From Nemertoderma westbladi (lineage: Eukaryota; Animalia; Xenacoelomorpha), in the NCBI GenBank assembly GCA_032718475.1, contig JAUCBJ010008566.1:1-64000 (forward strand): a stretch of DNA of 64,000 nt. Direction: 5' to 3'. Shown in pieces: positions 1-9,196 of this stretch. Under the pieces are notes generated by a model. It was not told the origin of the DNA and made no database searches. It was given only the letters and a program-made list of their open reading frames with translations. The position numbers were made by a program, and so were the translations under genes. Position 1 is the stretch's first letter; every line of letters starts with the position of its first letter.

Positions 1-2399
1 TCTCCAACCTTTACCGCTTGCCGGGCTTCGGTTCTAGCCATTTGACGCGTAAAACTTTCTTGGGCCATCGTGCTATTTAATATCGAGTTATCGGTATATA
101 AATTTCTCGGATTATGATCAGTTCTATAGGGAATATCATTATCAACAGGTCTATAATTACCCTTAATAGGGTTCACTATAGGAGTTTCTACTTCGCTAGC
201 AGTATATATGCGTGTAGGCTCCACACCTTGCGCATGCAATACTTCAGACCTAACAGGTTGACACATTGTTACAGAGGATGGTGGTATACCTCTTTGTGTG
301 TTTACTAATTTATCGCGCTCTAGCGCGATACTTTGCTGCACTTCTTGCAACTCTAGCCTACTTTCCCTTACTGTGCCCTTGAATTGCTGGACAGTCTCCT
401 GCATCTGCCCGAGCAGGATATCCATCCCCCGCCATCTCTCGTCCACCCATTCGACCGCCGAAACGGGATCCGCCAACGTCGTAGCGGGCGGACGAGGGAC
501 AACGGGCGACAAATTTGGAATATTTCGCTCGGGGTCCAGGACCTGAACTGTCTCTTGGGCAGTTCTACGGGGCACAGGTAGCTTAGTGCTATGTAGAGGG
601 AATTTATAGGTAGTCTCAGGGAGCACAGGTATGTCTATCACCGAAGGGGTGATTTCAAGAACAGGCCTAATTATTTCAGGCTCATCTACTATAGTAGGGA
701 GTCTTTCTATTTTAATTATTTGGTCTGTGGGCTCTGTACTACCTAAGTTGGTGTTATTTAGTTGCCTTCTAACAGCTGGAGGCAAATCAGGCAATTTCTG
801 ACGGTGGAATGTTCTTTTACGTCTACTTAGACGAGATCTATTTCCCTTGCCTTCAGTATCGGTGGTATCACCTTCCTCAGATGATGTATATCCCTGTCGT
901 TTGGGAGTAGATCTATTCATCATCTGCATATTACTAGCTGTTAACTGTTTATTTATGCAGTCTTGATTCTCCTGAATGTTTTCCAATTCTAATTGGGTGG
1001 TTTCTTCGGAAGCTCTCCGTTCTGCTTCTGCTACTGCCTCGACCGCTGCGACAGCCGCCTTTCTTTCTGCTTCGGCCGCTGCTGCTGCCACTTTTCTTTC
1101 GGCTTCTGCCTCTGCCTCTGCCGCTGCCACTTTTCTTTTGGCTTCTGCCTCTGCCTCTGCCGCTGCCACTGCCGCTTTTCTTTCTGCTTCTGCCGCTGCC
1201 ACTGCTGCTGCCACTGCCGCTGTCTTTCTGTCTTCTATACGTTTTTTCTTGATTTGTTCTTCTTGGTCTCTAGCGATGCGGAGTTGTTCATCGAATTTAG
1301 CTTGGTTCGCCGCTAACCTATCCACATCAATTGCATCCAACACACGCTGGGCTCCTTCACTATTAGGGCTAAGCCCATCTAGTCTTCTCCGCAACTCTTC
1401 ATCACCTACGAAACGCTGATAGTCTGACAGATAGATGTCAATGGCATCCCTCTTATGCGGTTTCTCTGCCGTCGCTTCACTTTCCACTTGGGAAAAAGTA
1501 GCGTCTGTTGATTCTCCATGGGTTGAGCGCTCCTCCAACTGAGCTTTCCACTGAGCTGCTCCTTGAACCTGGCGACTCACCCTTTGAAACCAAGTCTTTA
1601 CGGCAACTTGCAACGACGTGTCTTGCTTTCGTTTAGAAGCCTCCTCAAAGGCGGATAAGATTAGCCTAATCCGCAGAACTCTTTCTCTAACTTGATAAAG
1701 CAGCGATCCCTGCTCTTGAGGTCCTGGAGGTTGTTGAAAAAGTTGCTTTTCTATTCGCTCCATAGAGCTGAAGAATCCCTGTGCGTATCCGGCTGCGGAC
1801 CTCTTCCACACAGCTGGATCGATGGTTTCCTTGGCTACTCCCATCCGGTGTATGTCTTCCCAGGCAGCTTCTGATAAATCAAACGGGAGTCCGGGTCCGG
1901 GGAAGTTCCATTGCGACTCGACAATAGACTTCAGTTCTTCACTAGTGTAGCCCGCGTAGCTATCTCTAGTTGTCCGTTGACTCCTCGCCCAATCGATCTG
2001 GTGTTCTTCCACCGCGATCAATAACCCAGCGAGCACGGCTGCAGGAAGGATGAGAAGGGGATCCGTATAAACCGCATCCGTCATCTCTGCTCCGCTCTCG
2101 GGTGTCAGCTCTACAGTATCCTCACTACTGGAGCTGCTGGGCCGCTGAGGAATAAGTTCTTGACTAGCGGGTTGTTGCTGTTCCGCCGCTTGTTGGTCCC
2201 GCTTGACCTGAGCTCGGGTGCCTATGATAGACCTACGATGTTGGACAAGCCTAGGTTCTGTTATTACTACTGGAGGGATGACCTTCCTCACAGTGGGAGG
2301 TGAACTGGATTTACGACCAGACAGTTGTACGTCTCTATCTGAGTCGCAGATAGTTACATCTAATAAACTGTCTGACAGGTTCTGCTTAGTATCAGACAT
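1..2399 (-). CDS. gag: Gag(-Pol) N-terminus of copy A, open to the window edge
   Basis: ATG at 2399 gives MSDTKQNLSDSLLDVT..., homologous to 33374..33997 (MADTKQTLSDSLLET). It is in frame with MQMMNRSTPKRQG at 929, which matches ORF 60439..63951. Ala/Glu/Lys coiled-coil repeat at ~1010-1250. Confidence 0.85.
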   Translation of the reverse strand, partial: MSDTKQNLSDSLLDVTICDSDRDVQLSGRKSSSPPTVRKVIPPVVITEPRLVQHRRSIIGTRAQVKRDQQAAEQQQPASQELIPQRPSSSSSEDTVELTPESGAEMTDAVYTDPLLILPAAVLAGLLIAVEEHQIDWARSQRTTRDSYAGYTSEELKSIVESQWNFPGPGLPFDLSEAAWEDIHRMGVAKETIDPAVWKRSAAGYAQGFFSSMERIEKQLFQQPPGPQEQGSLLYQVRERVLRIRLILSAFEEASKRKQDTSLQVAVKTWFQRVSRQVQGAAQWKAQLEERSTHGESTDATFSQVESEATAEKPHKRDAIDIYLSDYQRFVGDEELRRRLDGLSPNSEGAQRVLDAIDVDRLAANQAKFDEQLRIARDQEEQIKKKRIEDRKTAAVAAAVAAAEAERKAAVAAAEAEAEAKRKVAAAEAEAEAERKVAAAAAEAERKAAVAAVEAVAEAERRASEETTQLELENIQENQDCINKQLTASNMQMMNRSTPKRQGYTSSEEGDTTDTEGKGNRSRLSRRKRTFHRQKLPDLPPAVRRQLNNTNLGSTEPTDQIIKIERLPTIVDEPEIIRPVLEITPSVIDIPVLPETTYKFPLHSTKLPVPRRTAQETVQVLDPERNIPNLSPVVPRPPATTLADPVSAVEWVDERWRGMDILLGQMQETVQQFKGTVRESRLELQEVQQSIALERDKLVNTQRGIPPSSVTMCQPVRSEVLHAQGVEPTRIYTASEVETPIVNPIKGNYRPVDNDIPYRTDHNPRNLYTDNSILNSTMAQESFTRQMARTEARQAVKVG

Positions 2400-3729
2400 G
2401 ACTATGTGTACCGTTGAATGTCTACTGCTGTATTACAGTCTGGGTAAGTCTAGTAACTCAGTATTACCTGCTAGCCTAGTAATTAATTACCGGTACTGCT
2501 ACTCAGTGTAGCGTGATATATATAATATATTAAAATACCGGTATACTTATAGTATATATAACTATATAAGTATTATTACAGACTAGGTTTATCACAGAAT
2601 ACCGGTATAATTTTAGCACAAATGTATATAAATATATAATAGGCCTATCGGAATACCGGTATACAGCTTACAGTTTGTAGGATATATAATTCTGAAATAG
2701 AATTAATTACAAGTACCGGTATAATTTCAGCCAAAATTTATAGAAATAAAGATAATAGGCCTATCGAGAATACCGGTATATCAATTATTTTAAATAATTG
2801 AATTTCTGAATTTTAGGGTTACTTGGTTACTTTACTTACTTTATTACCGTTATTTGAGCAGTAATCCAACTGATATTGAGGCCTAATGGTTTTATGGTAT
2901 GCCTACTATTTATAAATCGTTGGATTTGATTTATAATATATATACCCGTTTTAATGGGTTTTGTCTATGTTTGAAATAAATGTTATTATTTCTGGGGAGT
3001 AATCACTACACAAAGCGGTGCGCTTTCAGTGAAGTGTTACGTATAGGACACTAAAACAAATAATTCTAATTTACCTAAGTTACTTAATACTACGAATTAC
3101 GTACAATTCGGGTTGAGATTACAATCTCTAAATAAACACAAAAATTTACAAAAACACAAATACGAATTTTTAGGGTATTTTTACAAGAAGTCTACAAACC
3201 AGCCTAACAAAGGGTTAGAAAACCGGTTATTATAACGGACAGGGTACTACGGTATTTGAAATAATAAGTAGTAGTAAATACACTGCGTTGTCTAGATAGG
3301 AAAATACCACCGCCTGACGACCTATAGCCGTATCGCTATAGGTTCTACGTTATGTATCACGGAGTGTTCCTACCTAGAAGTTAATAGAGCTAATCGAATG
3401 TGCCTATCAACCACTTTACAACACAAATATAATGTCTACAATAATTACTTCGGAAAGTACTGTACACTAAACCCTAAATTAGGTACGAGTACTTATATAA
3501 CAGACAATCAGTAGTTAAATATACTTGAACAGCTAAAAGAACCACGGCATCTGCTGGAGTGACCGATGCACAAAATCACCAGTCTTTACCTACGCCGAGC
3601 AGCCCGTGTAGTACCGGGGTTAATTTAACTATAGCGGTATGTATAACAAACACAATTACTGTAGGAACAAACTTGGGGAATGAATGTTGCGGATAATCGC
3701 ATAAACTCTGAATAATAAATATTACGCTA

Positions 3730-4290
3730 CGCGTACAAACTACTCAAACAAAATACAGACCGAACACTGACAGACTACTATCAAGCCTAAACAAACTACG
3801 GTATATGCAGACTCCGAAATGATTAGGGAGTATGCGCTCTAACCCAGTAGTGCGACTTATTCTTTAGTTGGGGGATTACCTTACAGCGTTCGCTGCCCCT
3901 ACTGCCTAATCGTACTTAATCGGACAGATGATCTACACACGCGGCAATCCGTTCAGACCTAATAACAGCCAGACAACTATCCAGCCTACAAATTATCTAA
4001 ATAAAATTATACGCTACCCGTACAGACTTACACAAACAAAGTACAGACTAAACGATGGCAGACCACTCTCAAGCCTAAATAAACCACAGGACATGCAGAC
4101 TCCGAAATGATTAGGGAGTATGCGCTCTAACCCAGTAGTGCGACTTATTCTTTAGTTGGGGGATTACCTTACAGCGTTCGCTGCCCCTACTGCCTAATCG
4201 TACTTAATCGGACAGGTGATCTACACACACTGCAATTCGTTCGGACTTAACAGCAATCAGACAACAGCTCAGCCTACAAATCGTCTGTAC
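3730..4290. repeat. ~290 bp direct duplication in the leader of copy A
   Basis: ATGCAGACTCCGAAATG...AATCGGACAG occurs at ~3806-3927 and ~4093-4216; the leader of copy D has a single copy. Confidence 0.85.
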
Positions 4291-4579
4291 TATCTGATCA
4301 GGCTTACACGCCTTCTGTTCAATACTGGCCTACAAATAAATAAACTTGACAGAAATAAGTAAACCATATAAAGGAATAAGGGGTGATCAATCCCTAATCC
4401 CCTAAACAGCCTACCGGTATACAACAATCAAATCGAATAATACTAGTGTACTTATACTGAAGTACCGGTTAGAACAGTTAGGCCTACTGACCTACAGAGT
4501 GTACCGGTTCAGGTTTACCGGTTGACCGGTACTTTCAACTTTATTGCTTACTGCAACAAAGAAGCTATATATCCTTTAA

Positions 4580-5789
4580 TGTTCGCGCTTTCAGACCTTT
4601 GGCAGTTTAACCCACCAAATTAAGATGTCTTCTAGATATTAAATCTGTTTTTAGTCTAGGACAAGTATTTGATTCACTACACTAGTCGAAACCAATCCGT
4701 GCGCGACCATTCACCCGCTGGAGATTCCCGGGAGATTGGGTTCGACGGTTTAATTTTGTTGCTATGTAAGCCTAATGTATTATTCGACTGACAGTACTAT
4801 ATAATCTCTGACAATAGTATTCACCTTCGGTAATATTAACAGTTCCTTTAGGACGTGGCGCTTTATCTACATAAACAGAGTTATGACTTAAACTACTCAC
4901 AACGATATGGCTTAATTATAATTCACATATATGGCGCATTCTTTAGGAATGCTTCTTTAACAGACTCACTCATACACAATGCTGCACAATACTGCACACT
5001 AATCTGCCGATCTTCACTGATTTTAGTCACATATAAAAGGAACACAGACTGGCTCATGTAGGGTCTATCAAATAACATTAGATTCACTTCAAACCACTTT
5101 AACATAAGTCACAATCGTTTATCTGTAACCCTTCTCTCTTACCTTCGGTATATCAAGAACATTGGGTTTCGGGGTTGTTTATCGTTATTCCAAATATAAT
5201 AATTCATCAACCATATTATGAAGAACTGACAGTAAATAGCAGTATAAAACAACAACTGAACACTGATTGTTATGAGTTTGCAATGTTTCAGCAGTCAGCA
5301 TGTATGATCAGTCATCAGAGTCTTTAGGTAGGTGCGTTAAAGGATATATGCCCTTTATAATTAAACCTACTAGTGTAAGACTAAAAACTAAAACACGGAG
5401 GTGCCAAAGCCGGTTCTTAGGCTCTGGACAAAAACATAACACTGAACTACTGAGTTTCTGTATATACCTCCAACACAGAGATCACAAACGCTCTGATTGG
5501 TCAACATGAACAACGAGAGAACAGAGAAACAAAGAAACGTCGACTTGGCAATATCAGCTGCTAGCCGTCGTCATGGTAGCGACACTGTTTTCAAGAGTAT
5601 CGAGCTTTTACGTCACGGAATTACGGATTATGTCCTCTAAAGTACAAATACAGAAGAAATAGCTTTTATGTCCGCTAAAACACCAGTACAGCAAGGACAC
5701 GGCCTTTTTATGCCTGGTAAACCAACTACAGAGTACTTTACGGGAAAAATAAGGAAAAATAACCGGACAATTCAGTAAAAGCTTTTACA
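4580..5789 (-). repeat. 5' LTR of copy A (1210 bp)
   Basis: Element-strand ends TGTAAAAGC...AAAGCGCGAACA. Homologous to LTRs at 10874, 28490, 36804 and 56246. CCAAT box (CCAATCAGAGCG) in U3. Confidence 0.92.
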
Positions 5790-5850
5790 ATTACATACTT
5801 CCGGAAACGATGCTGCGGATCCACAATCCCTCGCCACAAATAAGGCTGTC

Positions 5851-7575
5851 GTGGAAATTAGAGATAGAGATTGGAAATCTGGAATACCAGACGTCTCGCA
5901 AGGAATCTCACCCCTGCTGCAGAGAGCAATGCATCACTACAGTTCCTGGAATCGGCTCTGTAAAGCCGTCACATATTTAAGGCGATGTTTTCATCATCAC
6001 TACTCCAGGACGAAGACCACTAGTGATACCGCTCCATTGACATCTGCGCAAGTTCATGTTATTAAAAATTTACTCAAATATAAGACATCCGACCGGTTTC
6101 TAAAGGAGAAAATCAGTTACCAGGAGCATGAAGAAACCAATAAGCAGATACTGAGACTCCTGCAATGCTATGAGGATTCCGATAAGCATTTCCTGTTGTT
6201 GAGAAATCCGCAGATGCGCTTAAGGGATCGCTTCTCTAGCACAATGATAGATGGGTTAATGCGTGTTGGAGGAAGACTCACCAATGCGCCATTATCCTTT
6301 GACACTAAATTCCCCATACTCATTAGAAATCTTGAAGTACAAATCAAGATGATTGTAGATGTTCACAGTAAACTTTATCATGCTGGTAGAGAACGAGTTC
6401 TTAGCGAAATTCGAACTCGCTATTATTTTGATAAACCCCGTAGAGCTCTGAACCAAGTTCTTAGGAACTGCATACCCTGTAGGAAAGCATTCAGTAGGCC
6501 TTTAACACAGCGAGAGGCAGAATTACCTAGGGAACGAGTAAGCTTCTATGAACCACCTTTTACTAATACTGGTGTAGATTTATTTGGCCCTATTGAAGTA
6601 TATCGTGCTAGGACTATAGTCAAGAGATGGTGTGTCATCTTCGTATGCATGACTTGTAGAGCCATCCATCTCGATATGGTGAACGATCTATCTACCAACA
6701 GCTTCGTCTTAAGTTTACGCCGACAGATCGCTCGCTTCGGGACTAGTAATACCATGAGATCGGATAAGGGAACGAACTTCATTGGTGCCAACAACGAAAT
6801 CCAGGCTTACGTGAAGGACTGGAACCAAAGACAGGTGGACGATCAGCTAAGGATAACAGCGTCTAGCTGGACCTTCAACGCCGCCGACGCCCCTTGGTGG
6901 GGAGGAAGTTGGGAGAGATTAATTAGAAGTGTCAAGACCGCATTTCACTTTATAGTGCCATGCCGCGCATATCTCACCGACGAACTTTTGCGGACGTTAA
7001 TGGAGGAAATAGCTGCCTATCTCAACGAGAGACCGCTTATGCCAGTCTCATCGAGTCCCGATTCCCTGGAAGCGCTAACACCCGCGCACTTCCTACTGAA
7101 GAAACCTGTAGCCATGCTCCCACGATCGGAGATTGCCGACAGAGACGAATACTGCCGTCGAACTTGGCAACTTATGCAGTTGCTATCCCGTCGTTTTGCT
7201 GACCATTTCGAGAAACATTATCTGCCCATGCTACAACTTCGAACTAAGTGGTTTGCGCAGCAAGAAAACGTCAGCGCCGGAGATATGGTGCTTATTGTAG
7301 ATTCAGACCTTCCACGTAAACGGTGGCAGACAGGTCGTATCATCGAGACTCACATCTCGGATGATGGTTTAGTACGCTCGGTAGAACTCATCGTCATGCG
7401 GCGTAACTTCAAGAAGCCAGGCATAATCTTTGAGACGCAACAACTCAACCGCCCAGTTGGTCGTTTATGTTTACTGGAAAGAGACAGAGAACTCTCCGGA
7501 AACTATGGAAGGCAAGACACTCTTCCCACGACCACCTCCCTAATTCCTCAAACATCTAGGGACTCCCCAACGTGA
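5851..7575 (+). CDS. pol: BEL/Pao Pol C-terminal part: integrase (HHCC zinc finger, DDE core, BEL-type C-terminal domain)
   Basis: Motifs YSSWNRL, GLMRVGGRL, H-x4-H...C-x2-C, GVDLFGP, RSDKGTNF, APWWGGSWERLIRSVK, ALTPAHFL, YLPMLQLRTKW, DGLVRSV, RPVGRLCLL are typical of BEL integrases. Confidence 0.95.
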   Translation: MEIRDRDWKSGIPDVSQGISPLLQRAMHHYSSWNRLCKAVTYLRRCFHHHYSRTKTTSDTAPLTSAQVHVIKNLLKYKTSDRFLKEKISYQEHEETNKQILRLLQCYEDSDKHFLLLRNPQMRLRDRFSSTMIDGLMRVGGRLTNAPLSFDTKFPILIRNLEVQIKMIVDVHSKLYHAGRERVLSEIRTRYYFDKPRRALNQVLRNCIPCRKAFSRPLTQREAELPRERVSFYEPPFTNTGVDLFGPIEVYRARTIVKRWCVIFVCMTCRAIHLDMVNDLSTNSFVLSLRRQIARFGTSNTMRSDKGTNFIGANNEIQAYVKDWNQRQVDDQLRITASSWTFNAADAPWWGGSWERLIRSVKTAFHFIVPCRAYLTDELLRTLMEEIAAYLNERPLMPVSSSPDSLEALTPAHFLLKKPVAMLPRSEIADRDEYCRRTWQLMQLLSRRFADHFEKHYLPMLQLRTKWFAQQENVSAGDMVLIVDSDLPRKRWQTGRIIETHISDDGLVRSVELIVMRRNFKKPGIIFETQQLNRPVGRLCLLERDRELSGNYGRQDTLPTTTSLIPQTSRDSPT

Positions 7576-8120
7576 TACGTCTGGAGTGGGTGCATGACTA
7601 TATTATTCTATCTATTTTTATTATATTTTTATATGCGAACGTTATTATGTACTTTATTATAATCGTTTTATTTAATTTTATTTAGTAGAATGTTATTTTA
7701 GATTATTTAGTAGGTTAGTGCAATATATTAGTGTTTATTACGTAATTACACATAATATATATTTAATATGACGGCGAGAAATAATTCTTTCTTTTTCCTT
7801 ACTGTCCGTATTATATTATAAATACGAGACTACATGTAAGATGACATGTCAGTACTTATTAAAGTACAATAAAGCTCCTACTATATTTAAGTATTATTGG
7901 TAGGCAGAGTATTAGGAATGCAAAGTTCAGATCCTCGTGTCTCGGCTAAACCAAGCTCTGGGTAGACCTTGGAAACGACTTGCCTCTTCACACTGACATT
8001 GCTTCGTGCGATATTGCTCTTCTACTTTATATTAAATAATACATATAGTAGCGTGATGTCCCTATAACAGTAGCGTAAAACGCAAATAAATCTGTTAAAC
8101 CTTTTGACCATCTGTAATTT

Positions 8121-8385
8121 TAGTCGATTAAGATATCGCGGCACCCACCGATATACTTAAAAGACAAATTCTAGAATCAGTGGTTAACGTCCCCAGACAA
8201 GTTCTGGAATAAATCGGTGCCTATCTTAAATATTAATTTAATATTTATTAAAATCTGTAAAATACAGATCCTTTAAAATTTCTAGTCAATTAAGATATCG
8301 CAGCACTTACCGATACTCTTAAAAGACAATTTTATAGAATTAAGGATCCTAGGTCCCCAGACATGCTCTGGAATAAAATTGTGCC
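8121..8385 (+). repeat. Two-copy ~105-bp direct repeat in the 3' internal region of the BEL family
   Basis: TAGTCRATTAAGATATCGC...TCCCCAGACA..TCTGGAATAAA occurs at ~8121 and ~8283. Both copies are retained in D (~34001, ~34254) and E (~59620-59885, minus). Confidence 0.8.
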
Positions 8386-9011
8386 AATTTTACCATCAAA
8401 TAATAAAATTCACGGGAATAAAGTTAAATTCATATCTTAAATGAATTTCATAAATTGTCATTTTGTGCAATTTATAACATTCCCAAAATTCCATTAATTA
8501 ATAGATCATGGGAGCGGAGATTCATCCTATTGAGTGTATTAGAGTGCGAGAATCTCCAACATATAGTCAATAGCCGATAAAATTAATAAAATCATGTATA
8601 AAGAGGATATTGACAATTAAAGAATTACTATTAAATAGCATTCCAGATCTGTATACATGAGAATTACCCTAATTCTACCGCTAGCTTTCCATAATGTCAC
8701 CATAGCAACACCCACGCTAGAATTAGAAGCAAGTTAAAAGAACAATAGAAAGCTTGTCCCATTGCATAGCATAGAGAATACATAGCACACTGTTAGTATC
8801 CAAGGATACACAGTAATAACGTGACATTCTGGAAGGCACTGACCAACGGACAAATGGCCTGTATGTGTACAATTGGAGACAGTTGTGTGGAATTTGTGCG
8901 TTTATAGGTGAATGTTACTGCTAAAGTGTGTTTACAGTAGCTAGTCGCAATTGTGAAAGTAACCCTAACTCTACTATAGAAAGAACCTAAAGTGGATTCA
9001 AGCCTTTGGGA

Positions 9012-9116
9012 CGGACAGTGGAGTGACTTGTGCCGGTTATCGTTGTCGTGCTGTTGCTACATGTTGGCGTAAACACCGCGACAACGGTACATCGGCGCTG
9101 AGAATCCCACTGTCCG
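9012..9116 (+). ncRNA. Conserved cis-acting RNA stem-loop upstream of the extra ORF
   Basis: Stems CGGACAGTGG/CCACTGTCCG, GTGCCGGT/ATCGGCGC and CGTTGTCGTG/CGCGACAACG. Compensatory variants at 34982-35090 (+) and 58889-58996 (-). Confidence 0.75.
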
Positions 9117-9196
9117 GGGGCAAAGAAAGGTAGGCAGCGACGCCCGCTCGCCTAAACATAAACTCATTATAATATTAATAAACCCAAATAGCAGAT

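Larger units (their letters stand above)
1..5789 (-). mobile_element. BEL/Pao LTR retrotransposon copy A (5' LTR, 2.2 kb leader, gag; runs off the left edge)
   Basis: LTR at 4580-5789 followed on the minus strand by gag. Region 1-975 is nearly identical to 63022-64000 of copy E, whose ORF has the BEL Gag Cys-His motifs and protease. Confidence 0.9.

Noticed and set aside
976-1419. Ala-rich plus-strand ORFs
   Set aside because: Antisense shadow of the gag coiled-coil repeat.
4855-5509. Small ORFs inside LTRs, recurring in several copies
   Set aside because: Recurrence reflects LTR sequence identity; the frames are not conserved across subfamilies.
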